Shown here in pieces: positions 40,901-53,300 of a DNA stretch of 64,000 nt; position 1 is the stretch's first letter; every line of letters begins with the position of its first letter. Position numbers and translations under genes: made by a program. The notes under the pieces are model-generated. The model ran no database searches. It saw only the letters and a program-made list of their open reading frames with translations, and was not told the DNA's origin. Origin of the DNA: Chrysomallon squamiferum (taxonomy: Eukaryota > Animalia > Mollusca); assembly GCA_012295275.1 (NCBI GenBank), contig CM022672.1:62001-126000 (forward strand), in the 5' to 3' direction.

Positions 40901-41594
40901 CTGAAATCAAAAACCAAAAATAAAGAGAAAACCATGTCTTATCTATGTATCAGAACTGAAATATATTATCCACTAAATTTTACCCATCTAGGTTGTTTTA
41001 TCTAAAGCAAAATAAAACCAAAATTGAATTGCCAGAAAAATGTGTATTATCTTATAAAATATCACCTTGTAACATAAATATAAACTTGTGACATAATCAT
41101 GTTCAACTTGTTTTATCTAGTAAAATATCACCAGTCAATTTATTATTATCTAGTTAAATGTTACCTCTCAAATTTGAATTGCCAAGTAAAATAATCCAAT
41201 CAAAATAGTATGCAAAATATTAACACTTGACTATGTTATCTTTCAGTGGTTAAATATCACTGGCATATTTAATATTATTTATGTGGCACAGTGTCATGTA
41301 TTATTGTGCAGTGTTCAGAGATTTGTAAACCTTTAATATTTTGCTTTTAGTAATTTGGTTGCAAAAAACAAAACAAAATAAAATGTTTAATTTACCCAGC
41401 ACAACAATCAGTATCTGGTGAAGGACATTAATTGAAAAAGCAGCCCTTCCACTACAAACTGTTTCAAAAACTGTGTACTACAGCCTTTATTACACGTGTA
41501 CCAGTAAGGAAATAGTTGTTAAAATAGTTGTTACATCATCTGTTTCTTTAATAGAATATACAAGTTTGGAATTTCATTACTGAAAAATCTGTTG

Positions 41595-41805
41595 TTACTT
41601 AATTCTGTGAGATTTAGAATGTCGATTTAGGTTGTCTTTCCGGTTGAATTTTGCACCACAAATGTTACAAAAAAAAGAAGAGCCTCCATGGTGGACACAC
41701 TGAATATGACGAATGAGAACATGGCGGTAATGAAATCCTTTGTTGCACATGTCACATGTGTAGACTGGAGAGTTGTCAACTTGGCTACACAATCTTTGCA
41801 CACTT
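41595..41805 (-). CDS. Alternative terminal exon ZF-1: C2H2 zinc-finger pair
   Basis: Acceptor TTTCTCTTTGCTTACAG|A (phase 2). Encodes CDMCNKGFHYRHVLIRHIQCVH-HGGSSFF-CNICGAKFNRKDNLNRHSKSH, then a stop. AATAAA (minus) at ~41491. Confidence 0.82.
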
Positions 41806-44800
41806 CTGTAAGCAAAGAGAAACCACTTTTAGCAGCTAGACTGTGTTTGATACATATAATAGACACAATTCTTTTTATTATCTTAGAATTTTATAAACGT
41901 GTCAAGGATTATTTATGTACTGTTATTTTTGTAAATTAAAAACCTTAAGCTAATGTATGCAAAAATTAACGATAAATTCAAACAATTTGTTCAGTAATAT
42001 TTTAGCATTTTGAAAGATTCAATGTATTATATTTAAAATTTCAGTAATTACAAGCGAACTTTGTGGAATTTTGATATCACTTAGAAGTAATGTATGTAAC
42101 CGTTTCATTTTAGAAAAGATTAATCAGTGACTGGCAAAATGTCACAGAAAAATTACTTGTTAAAATGTGTTTTAATGCATATTCTCCACCTTTCTCTGTT
42201 ATTAAACAAATCTTTAGTATGGAAGCTATTCATACCAGTAATCTGCTACCAGGGCTTTTATATTCCAAACATATAACTGCACAACAAAGTTTTAGTGCAA
42301 ATATATCATAAGAGCAAATGTGCTCTACTTGTGTGTAAAACATTACAACTATGTTCTCATAACCACATGTATATATAGGAAAGTAATTTAAATAAATAGT
42401 TATTGTGCAATAAACAGAGTAATGCCAGGTGCATCAACATTCTTGACTGACTGAGGGATTTTACACTACTGTCAAAGGAGGCAGGGGAAAGAATACAGCA
42501 GTGGAGATGACACACTAGTGTAACTCATAAGAACTAGAATTTGACATGTTTATCAAATACAAGTCAGTGTGATGCTGGCATCATTTTAACTGGATGCTTT
42601 ACATACATGGACTGCTCTAGATGAACAACTATTACCAATGTGGTTTCAAATCTGTTATATTTTTCAAGATATTACTGAATCTCAAATGACCTCCCTAGAG
42701 ATGAATTTGTCAAGACGAGCATGTTAACAATGCTGATCAGCAAACAGTCTTGGGCTATATATTGCATCAGTGGTAATTCACAAGTCACATACACATAACA
42801 ACAGTGGTAAAGATGATGTCACCTGTACAACCAGTACCTCAAAGGCTATGGAAAAGATTAGCAAGATGGTCTTTGTACTGTGCAAGCTGCAGGCCCCGGC
42901 ATGTTGAAAATGTTTGCAGAGCTTGTCTTCAGCTTAAGGAATATAAGGCTGTGACGTTTTCATAAACTGAGTTGGATTCTGTAAATTGCAAAAACTTCAT
43001 GGTACAAACTGATTTCAGTGTATGTGTAAATATATAACCTGACTTAATGTACGGATGTAAATATACAAAATCTTGATTGTGTTATTTGTCAATATACAAT
43101 CAGACTTTAGCACATGAGTGATACTTGTTTGTTTTTACAGACGAATGTATGGTTATTATATCAAACTGTTTTCACTGACAAATGTATGGTTACTCTAACT
43201 TTTCACAGACAAATGTATGGTTACAATTAATTTTACAATTAAGATCACAGACTGTATAAACTATTGTTTAGTTCTCATGCAACATGCAGAACCGTTCTTG
43301 TGTAACCCATTTTCCATTGAGCAAATGTTATTGTGTTAAATGTTATTTTGCTCATCTTTGGAAATAAAATGCAATCACTATGTCAGCAACATCCTTTCCT
43401 GCTCAGTTTGCTGCACTGATACTTGCACAATACTTGTCAGTGGTGCATAGCTTATCCCAGTAAAACCAACAATGAATCCTGACCTTGTCAACTTAGAAGC
43501 TGTAATTTCGGGAGTAGCTTTCTTACAGTTTTCTTGTTTTGTGCAATAAATGAGACTAAAATGTTTTAGTAAAAGTTAGTCGTAATTACACTGTACTATC
43601 ATATATACAGATGATTCCATTATTACAGATAATGAAAAAGCTCCATTTAGGTTAACCAATTTATGCAACTGTACTGCATAATCACTTAATCAGTTAATGA
43701 CTAAAAAAACAACCAAACTACTACAATGTTGATCATTTAACAGTGTTGTCTTGGATTTCATATTACTATTATTAAAAACATCAAAACATTTTTAAAAAAT
43801 AAATAAAATGTTTGCCATCAAGTAGATATTTCTTCCTCTATTTCTTTACTCTTGATGATATTATAGACAATGGAATTTTAGTACAAAAACTACATTTTCA
43901 TATAGTGGGCTCTTTCATAAATATGCCGAGTAATCTTTTAAATGAGGTACATCAAAGAAAAGATGGCAACATTGAGGAAAAGCATCTGTAAGTCTTAGAA
44001 CAACATTAAAACTGTGGAAACTATGAATGATGATTGTGTATAATGTATAATTATGACATCTGATAATTCAATTAGTACATGAAATTTCTACTTTGAACTA
44101 CTACAACTGTTAAGTATGATCAACAAACAAGTATATTTTGTTGTTGTTCAGTATCAAAATGATCTTTGAAAAATAAAAGTGTTATGTCCTTCAACAAGTT
44201 ATGTTAGGATTAATGGTATTTTTCTGTACCAAGACCATGCGAGGGCATAAAAATAAACATTACTGTTTAGAATTAATACCATCCTAGACTGCAAGTGTTT
44301 TAGTACTGGTAGTTGCAGAGAGCCAAATTACTATGTTTGTGTTGATAATGCAGTTTTTAAAGTTTTTTTAGATACATGCATTTCCTATTGCAAATTGTTT
44401 TAAATGCAAGATGTTATTATCATTTATGGACTTATGAAAAATAATTGTTGACTTTGTGTTAATTTTTTGAGTGGATTTCTTTTTTCAATAATGAATAAAT
44501 ACTTCATTATTAATAAGATAGAACATCTAAACCTTCTTGTGAATCATTTTCAGCAAAGGAAGCCTCCATTCAGGCTTCATCATGAGATCATGATGATCAA
44601 ATGACCAGTTTAAGTAAATCAGAGCCTTCGAATTCAATGGAAATGCATTGTAAGTACTTATTCTGAAGTTATTCTCGATTTTTCTGCTCTGAAATACCAC
44701 AGAATAAAGGCCATAATTATAGAGGCATGTACTTTGCTAGGTATCACACCTGCAGGTATTACGAAACAAAGTGGCAAAAATCACGGGATGGTTGGTAAAA

Positions 44801-45730
44801 ACAACTTTTAATGTACAAAAATGGCATTTTGATGTTAAATGCACTACATGTTAAAAGTAGATGTATCAAAGAGTTATTAACTGCCAATAATATTTGATTA
44901 CTCCAAAGCAACCAAAAATTGGTACTTTTAGGACCACATTTTAGGCAAAAGCTACACACTGAAAACTGGTTACTGTCAGTTAATGCTTTTCACATGTTCT
45001 TCATGTTAACTGAAAACATGTAGAAATAATGCAATTCAAAACAAAATAAAAACCTATACATTCAAAACACAAAGAAATATATTCAAAATATAAACAAATA
45101 TATTCAAAACAAAAAACAAAAAAATACAAATACATATTGAAAATAAAATAAAACATATATATATATATGTTCAGAATACAAATAAATGTATTGTAAATAA
45201 GTGTATCTGAAAAAATAATAAATTTACTCATGGTCAAGTGTCATGGATTCACTTTATGTAACTAACTTAATTTTCTGTGACAAACGCAATTTCTCAACTC
45301 CATGGAGTTGTTTTACAAGAGCTGGTAATTGGTAATTCGGAAGAAAAGGAAAAAGCCAAAACAAGAACCAAAAGTGGTATCATTCAGTCAGGCAAGGAAC
45401 CAATGTTTTTGAAAAGTATAGTAAGCCACTTTCTGTTTGATAGGATGTAATGTGTAATTAACCTGTGTCAGTAACATTTCATATACATACAATTTAAATT
45501 CTTTAATCTGCCCTGCATGCAGATTCTTATTTTATTTTGGTTCCCCATATGACCTTACTCGTAACTCTCATTATCACTAGACAAAGTTATTTGAATATAT
45601 GTAATATATGTTTTACTGACTGTATTATTATCACATCTGTATAATAAATAATTAACTTGTATCTTCACTTGTGTTGTTTATTTCTTTAATGGATAAATAG
45701 AATTATTGATTTATATAGATTGCTGTCAAT

Positions 45731-45947
45731 TTATTTTTTTAAGTTCCTTGTTAGGTGGCCATTTAAGCACCCTTTTAACCTAGACTGAGTCTTAATGAAA
45801 CATCCAACATATTTTATGGTGTGGTACCCATGACATCTTGTAACTATGCATTCCGTGACTTGAATGTATTGTATTTGTTGTTGTTGTAATTTGAATTTCA
45901 GTGTACAAGAGATAATCAGCCTCTGTGGAGAAACTGTCATTTGTAAT
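45731..45947 (-). CDS. Candidate diverged terminal exon (phase-2 acceptor, 72 open codons, finger motifs eroded)
   Basis: TTTGTTCCTACAG|A TTA CAA ATG.. stays open to TAA at 45731. Size matches the ZF exons. The C-terminal RCHGYH..GC..SRLKGCLNGHL only loosely resembles a finger pair. Confidence 0.3.
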
Positions 45948-46304
45948 CTGTAGGAACAAATGGTTACATGCTAGTGTATATTTACTTACAAACAAAAGAT
46001 AACACTGAGTACCTAATGGCAGAATAAAAGAAGTAAAGATGTGATTATAAGAAATATTACCTAAAAATGACTAAAACAGATTTAGTTAAATAATTACTTA
46101 CTCACTACTCCACTGATCAGGTATCTGTTTCATTTCTAACAAAGACTTCTGCAAAGAAAGCAAATGAGCACAATATTTAATATTCTGCATTACATATATA
46201 CAAATTCACAAATGAAAATGTAATTATTTTCCTTAAGTATATAACAATTCAACCTATACATGTTTACATCTACCTAAAAAATGATATGGACATTGTAGGA
46301 AATT

Positions 46305-46840
46305 CAGTGTAACTGTTGTTTGACATTTTGTAAATTGTAGAACACATTATAAATGGTGTTTCTTATTATGTAGATTGTAGAACACACAATGTAACTGCTG
46401 TTTCATTCTATGTTGATCGTAGAATACACATTGTAACTGGTATTTTATATTATGTAGATTGTAGAACACAAAATGTAACTGGTGTTTCATAGTATGTAGA
46501 TTGTAGAACATACAACATAACTGGTGTTTTATATTACATAGGTTGATGAACACAATATAACTGGTGTTTCATACGTAGATTGCAGAATGCTAAATGTAAC
46601 TGGTATTTTATATTATGTAGATTGTGGAACACAAAATGTAACTCATATTTTATATTATACAGATTGTAGAACACAAAATGTAACTATTGTTTCATATCAT
46701 ATAGATTGTAGAACACAAAATGTAACTGGTGTTTTATATTATACAGATTGTAGGATGTTAAATGTAACTGGTGTTTCATTTTAGGTGGATTTTACAATGT
46801 AACTGATGTTTCTTATTATACAGATTACACAATGTAACTG
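46305..46840. repeat. Minisatellite (~40-42 bp, TGTAACTGGTGTTTTATATTATGTAGATTGTAGAACACAAAA)
   Basis: About 13 imperfect tandem copies. Confidence 0.9.
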
Positions 46841-47254
46841 AGAGTGGGGCTCAAAACAATTTACAATAACAGTATATTAAAAACACATAGACAAAAACAA
46901 TGGATAATGAATTAAACTAATAATACTTAAAGAGTTCACATATAGTATATGGGTGGTGAATGCAAATGGAAAAGTTGAATTATACTTTGATTGATTTAAG
47001 AACTGACTTTTAAAAAGATGTTTTTGAAACCCTGTTTGAATGTGGACTTTATGAAGCAAATGTCAAATGAAAATTGTTATTTATCATGGATGCAGTATGT
47101 TTTGAATGAAGTTTCAAACAAAACAAGCTAAATTTTTCCTACATTTATGCCATCATCTGTTCCAATAATTATTTCAAAGGCATTGCCACATACTATTAAA
47201 TAAACAAATATAAAAGAGGCTATTTTTACCTAAAATACAACAGTTGAGAAACTA

Positions 47255-47382
47255 AAGTCATGTGACCATAGATTTTTCACTTTTTCATGCATCAGAAGTA
47301 AACTGCTGAAAATGTTCACATATTTTGTGCCGAAGGACTCGTCTGTACAGTTTATAACTAACATTTTGCCCAGAAGTGATGT
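47255..47382 (-). pseudogene. Probable decayed zinc-finger-pair exon
   Basis: Acceptor TTATTTACAG|A, then F-W-A-K-C*, a frameshift to YRRVLRHKICEHFQQFTSDA*K, and a further frameshift to KNLWSH. This parallels LIRHIQCVH..FFCNIC..DNLNRH with Cys codons mutated (TGG, TCT, TGA). Confidence 0.45.
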
Positions 47383-48229
47383 CTGTAAATAAGCTTCATG
47401 ATTTATTAACCAGAAATTTATTTACAGAAATATTTCATCAAAGTTTGTTACTGCTTTTGGGAAGAAAAGACATTTGTATTTAATACACAAATGAGGCTAT
47501 GATTCAGAGGTTTTGTCTAGTCAATATTTTTAAGTTTAGCCATGAGTTTAAATAGTAGTGCTGAAGAAGGTTTTTCCTATAAAAAGGTGGTGGGTTCCAA
47601 GGCACTTTTATTAAGATTAAATGCTTTTTTCACTATATGATGTAACATTCCTGGTATAAACACATATGTAATACCTCAAGATAAGATTTTCCATTCATGC
47701 AGTTTTTATTCAGATAGGACCTGAAACAAGAGAATAAATCAAGTGTTCTTAAAGTCAGTAAAAATATGTCAAGAGAGTATGACTGATGACTAATCAGGAA
47801 CTTTGGAGTACCTATTAATTATGTACTTCTTTGTTTTTCAGCTATGAAGTCTGCAGGCTCAACTTTGGCTGAAATTGGAGATTATTTCCTTACTGGAACT
47901 TTGACAGCCTCTGATACAGAACCAAATCCAGCACCTACCCCTAGACCTTGGATTATCCCTGCTCCTCAGCCTATGTTTGATGTCATTATGTGTTTATCAC
48001 TGGCATTTACTTTGTGAATGAGTTTTGAATGAGTCTTACTCTTATCTTGAAGTGGTATAATGTCTAATTACCTGCATCATTCACAATTGTTAATATAACT
48101 ATAGATTCATTACAAATTCTAATTTGGAATCAAATAGTCTTTATAAGTTTAACCTTTACTATTTTAGAAGCTCAATGTAGATTCCTAAGCATCCCGTGTG
48201 TTCAATATTAGACTGAGCCATGGCAAAAC

Positions 48230-49245
48230 ATTCCAAATGTTTGATGGTTTGAGTCACATGACAAAAGCAATTACAACAAGACTAATGGCAAACAATTAGA
48301 CATTACTAAGTCCATAGTAGACGTCTAACATCAAAAGTTTTGGAATACTTCAATGTATCAACTTCTGGTCTACCTAGAAATGATTTGTTGCAGTTTTGTA
48401 TAGATGGCCCTTCAGTGAATTGCACTTTTTATGACAAAATTGGACAAAGAAAACAAGAATGAGAATGGTATGGCCTATTGAATACTGGGGCTGTGGCCTC
48501 CAGGTCTTTCATGTGGGCTTCCAGACAAAGAAAACAAGATAGATTGTGGTCCTAATGACCTTCTCTCCATACAATCTGTTTAAAGATACTCAGCCAGACA
48601 GTTGTTTCTGTTCAGAGAAATCAGTAGGCAATTTTGGTGAAATGTGTTGGACATAATCTTGGAAAAGTCTTGTCTGAATTCCAGGTCAATGGCGAGTAAT
48701 CAAGAACACAAAGTAAAAATTCTAACACCTGTTGATGTAACAGGTTCGTGAACTGAAGACTAGTTTCTAGGACTTCAAGGTTGAAGGTAATACAGTTGCT
48801 CTGTTATTCTATGTATATATATGGGTAAAAAAATGCAATTTGAAAAGTTGTATTAAGTAGTTGTTATGTTGTTGTTAGTTTCCCAAGGTCAGAAATCTGT
48901 TGAGATGGGGGGTTCTCTCCCAGATGAGGACAACATGCTTATGGCACGGAGACAGATTACTGAATATTCTGAATTGGTAGGACTCTAGGAGGAATACAAA
49001 AACTATCCTTAGTTCCCAAAGCCTGACAGTCCATCAATATCTTAAAGAAGAGAAATGAAACAAATGGCAAGAACTCATCCAAATAAAATTTAAAAAATAA
49101 GAAAAATGTTCTAGAATCGGACTCAAAAAATCTGATCACATTTTTAGGAAAATATGCAGATGAGGCTCAGGCAAAAATTGGCAAAACTAACTATACTAAA
49201 TTGATAAAATCGAATGCTCTCAAGAACTCTGCAAAACAAAAATAA
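48230..49245 (+). mobile_element. Decayed hAT-like DNA transposase relic (intronic, antisense to host gene)
   Basis: Frameshifted peptide LPRNDLLQFCIDGPSVNCTFY..LLNTG/CGLQVFHVGFQT (DG plus CxxH-like region) at ~48365-48530, and KYADEAQAK..LIKSNALKNSAKQK* at ~49150-49245. Many stops. Family assignment is from motif recollection. Confidence 0.5.
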
Positions 49246-50629
49246 AAGGGGGGATGGGGGAACAGATCTGTAGATTTTTTATTTGGATACTTGTCTAACT
49301 GGATATGAATAAGCTAAGAGCTGGGCTAGCTCCAACCATGTTAAATCTTCTGTTAATTTTCAACTACTTTACTGACGTACTTCTGGGAACTTTGTTCAAA
49401 GTTGTTTGTCACTGACTGCCAACACTCCTGATAAATTCTGTGTTATACATTATTAAAATAAATTTTTACATGCAAACTAGTTTGTATTTGTTATTTCCTA
49501 TCTTGTTTAAAGGGACATTTTCCATTAAACACCAAAGCAAATCTCACAGCTTCCCATAGGGAATCCCTATGAATTGATTTTGTTGTCCATAGTTTGTTAT
49601 GAACTGTGTAAGGCTGTGGGTTTGGACACAAAGTTAATGTCTTCTCATTTTACATGGCTATACAAATGTCAAAAATGAAAATATTGAATAAACAAAATTT
49701 GGTATAGGACTGAACCTTGATTACAAATATAACACAATGTGGAAATGCTGTCATAGTTATATGGGTATCTTGCTTTGTTAAAATTCACTGCCTTTTGAAT
49801 AAGTCCAGTTTGTTCCAAAATATTAATTTTGTGGTGTATGTCACTTGTGCTCCCTAGTCTGTGTAGCATCCGGTTTTGCCAGATATATTCACTTAGTTTA
49901 CTCATTTAATCTCTAAGTATTGTCCTTAAAAAGTGGTTATGTAAGACATTAAAAGTCCTAAAAAAGACAGTTAAAAAATAGTATGTATCCTGTTTTAAAC
50001 AGATTTATATGAACAGCACATGCCAAAATGTTTAAAACTTCTTAAACAATTAAACACATCTCCATGAATATCTTGTGTCAAAATGTTTAAAGATTCTAGC
50101 TACTGAACAAATCTACTACATTATCAGATCTGTAAGAACATAAATGCTTTATGATAATGTATTAATATATTTTTATCAAATTTCATTATAAATAAGCTTC
50201 ACCATTAAATTTGACTTGGACTGTGGTGCAAACACATGTTTATTTAAGATACCAGAGAAGATCTCATTTATGTAAAATTCATAAAAGAATATGTTGCCTA
50301 ATTAAAACAAAAAGAAAAGAGGATTTTTTTATGGCAAAATATAAGACAGGTAATATGATTTATGTAAAATAAATGTTTCCTTTTGTAAAACAGAACAAGA
50401 TATGTACTTTTATAAAATTAAAGAAAAATAATCATATTTATTGCAAGATAGAGGTAGACCACATCACACAAAAAATATCCAAAACAAAAATTATATCTGT
50501 GTAGTACAAAAGAAAGAGGAAGATATTTATGTAAGTACAATTTAATAAAAAAAACAAACAAAAAAAAAAAAAAGGTATGTACAATATAAATAAGAGATTA
50601 TGTGAAATAAGTGTCTTTCAGGGAAACTG

Positions 50630-50971
50630 TTAAGATCCAAATTCTACGGACTGTTTCATTTCTCTGCTATTTATCACTTTTTTCATCTCAGGCCACCTCT
50701 CCAGGAATTTATAATACCACTGTCTGCTCACTCCCTGGTTATGACCTCGCTTACCAAAACTCACTGCAAATTTTGATGCCATTTGGAGAACAAGAGCTCT
50801 GCTGAGGCTGACACCTTTAGCAGCTGATGATAGCAACAAAGAGCAAAACTGTTTTTCTTCTTGCTGTGTGAGAATCATGCGTCTATCATTTAACCTACTG
50901 GCCCAGACATCTTCTCCTACTGCTACTGAAGAGTCAGTGTGAAGATTAGTGTCTTGCATAACAAGACCAAC
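50630..50971 (-). CDS. Exon 3 of the multi-isoform factor; read-through encodes a CENP-B/pogo-type helix-turn-helix and stop; candidate internal phase-2 donor after 50895
   Basis: Acceptor TTTAACTTCCAACAG|GTT, phase 0, matching the exon-2 donor. LTQQEEKQF..GVSLSRALVLQMASKFA..K..GVSRQWYYKFLERWPEM fits the HTH CENP-B pattern. AG|GTTAAA lies within W-A-S-R. Confidence 0.75.
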   Translation of the reverse strand, partial: VGLVMQDTNLHTDSSVAVGEDVWASRLNDRRMILTQQEEKQFCSLLLSSAAKGVSLSRALVLQMASKFAVSFGKRGHNQGVSRQWYYKFLERWPEMKKVINSREMKQSVEFGS

Positions 50972-51923
50972 CTGTTGGAAGTTAAAAATCACACATCAGC
51001 AGCTCCTCTCTAACAGCCACTTTCTGCATTAACTAGTATATTCTTCTGGATCCCTGGCAACATTTTTCCACCAAACAACAAATAATCAAATTACAAATTT
51101 GTATTTCTCAACAATTCAAAGCATACAAAACCATTACAACAGTGAAAACTAAATATTGTCTGACATACGTCTTAAGATAAGCTTTGAAATATTTCAACAA
51201 AATGTGTGGATGCAAATGCTAACTTTACTTACTTAATGAATAGACATTTGTAACAAACAGATTAAATGAATTGGTATTGCTGAAAACAGCATCATCTGCC
51301 TTTAATTAAAATATTTTCGTAACTTTGGAAATGTAAATCCTTAGAAATTCCTGACAGCATAAAGAAGTCAAAGAATTTAATGTTGTTCAATAAAAGTGTT
51401 TCCACAACAATACATATTCAAGTCATCACAATAAACTGTAATACATGTATCATACTCACTGAAACAATAAGCCTCAACACAAACCTATTGTTAACAGTGA
51501 CAAATGCTGACAAATATATGTACTTGAAAAATATACATTACTATTTTGGATATTTATACTTTAAACAATGAAAACACTTCAAAGTATACAAAATTCATAA
51601 CAAATGCACTTTTCTTTTCATTATATTCATAATCTTAATTATAATTTTCATGTATTTAAATAAAAAGATAATAAGTAATCCATCTGTTGTGTTAAATTAA
51701 ATGAACTCCTTCAAGTATAAATCATCCTTTTACAAGGAACAGTGAAACATCTTACATTAATATTTTACATTTTCTGGGAAGGATTAATTAGTAATATGTA
51801 TCTTACAAGTATGCTTGTCACACAGTAAACTGTAAAGATAAGGAGCTGTATATTTAGTATAGTATTATTGTTTATGAAAAATAAAACCAGTTGTAAAAGT
51901 TCATTGGTTATATGGTGACATAC

Positions 51924-52189
51924 CTGAGATGTTGCATCTGAAACATCACTGTGAAACACTTCTGAAGAATCAAAATCATCAGCATTAGAATAAAAGACAG
52001 TGTCTGAAGCTAATGTCACACTGTCATGCCCATCTGTAAGTGGATTATCTATCACCAGGTATGGAGTGTCTTCTTCCTTCTTAATTTCCATTTCATTTGT
52101 TTCACATTTTGAATCCAATGCTTCTGAGGTCTCATCTGCAGCATCAGTATTTATAACACAGAAGTCATCTAACACAGAAGTCAATTTAT
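51924..52189 (-). CDS. Common exon 2 of the multi-isoform factor (acidic linker with IKKEED motif)
   Basis: Acceptor ATATTTCAG|AT (phase 1, matching the exon-1 donor); donor CAG|GTATGT (phase 0). Encodes DKLTSVLDD..EMEIKKEEDTPYLVID..DATSQ. Confidence 0.75.
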
Positions 52190-52969
52190 CTGAAATATTT
52201 CATATAGACCAATATCAACATTTACCAAGCTAAAAATATTGTTTACATTTCTAGATATAATGCCATTTTGGAGACTTATTTAAAACAATGTAGTCAGTAA
52301 CGCTTATTTCAATGTTAAGTTTTTGTTCCATGTCAAAATCACAGACTGGAGGTATAAAAGGATTATTTCATGTTGGGTACTAAAACTTTAAGAAAGAAAT
52401 ACTGAAAAAAAAAGAAAAATAAATAAATGAAAAATGAATTACATTCATGTTAGCAAAACTAAAAACAACAAAAGCAGTGGAAGCACTACAATTGTTAAGT
52501 AAAATGAACACTAAAGAGTTAAATTATCTATTTCTCAAGTCATCAAAATGCCAGATTATTCACTGATTAAGTTTGACAAACTAAACATGATGAAAGATTT
52601 TTAAGATCAGTGCAGCATATCAGATTGCAAGATCCTGTAAATATTTTCATGATTTTTATCAAAGGCTGAACATGTATTAGTTGATAATTTTCACAAATGC
52701 AAATAAATTTTTGCTATATATTGCTCATGGTAAAAGTTTATTTAAGTTTAAAAAAATGATTTTAATATTTTAGTGCTCATGATAAAAATATATTTAAGTA
52801 TAAATAATTTTAATTTTTTTTTTTTTTTTTTTTTTTAGGGTGGCAACTTATTTTTCAAATTTATTATGGTGCTACTAATTTTAATTGAGGGCTTCCAGAA
52901 TTTATACCCAGTTGGAAAAATTAAGGTTAAAGCCTGCAACCTCTATATGCACTAACTACCCATGTCATC

Positions 52970-53300
52970 TAGAGCATAGATCAATTTATCTAAAATATTT
53001 TATATCTAGACCATTAAGAGAATTTATATAATCTTCTAGCACAGACGTCAGTTTATCTGATATATTTTATATAGACCAATAACAGAACATAGCTAGTCAT
53101 AAAACATAGATGTCAGTATATCTGAAATATTTTATATAGACCAATAACAGTATTTACATAATCATCAAGCACAGACATCTGTTTATCTGAATTATTTTAT
53201 ACAGATCAATAATAGTATTTACTTAGTCATCAACACAAATATCAGTTTATGACATATTTTAAACAGATCAATAACAGTATTTACCTAATCATCAACAGAC
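52970..53300. repeat. Minisatellite (~63-65 bp) homologous to the exon-2 acceptor junction
   Basis: About 5 copies of CACAGA.GTCAGTTTATCTGAAATATTTTATATAGACCAATAACAGTATTTAC, matching 52173-52226. Confidence 0.8.

Noticed and set aside
43330-43540. Minus-strand fragment MHH*..KYQCSKLSRKG resembling a finger
   Set aside because: No convincing acceptor and too little similarity.
44553-44655. Plus-strand exon-like segment with cag/gtaagt borders
   Set aside because: Has an in-frame stop in the most plausible frame, and no partner exons were found.
47675-47720. Minus-strand 46-nt exon-like segment (TTTCAG|G..GAG|GTATTA)
   Set aside because: No recognisable domain, and its exit phase does not connect to the ZF cassettes when entered in phase 2.
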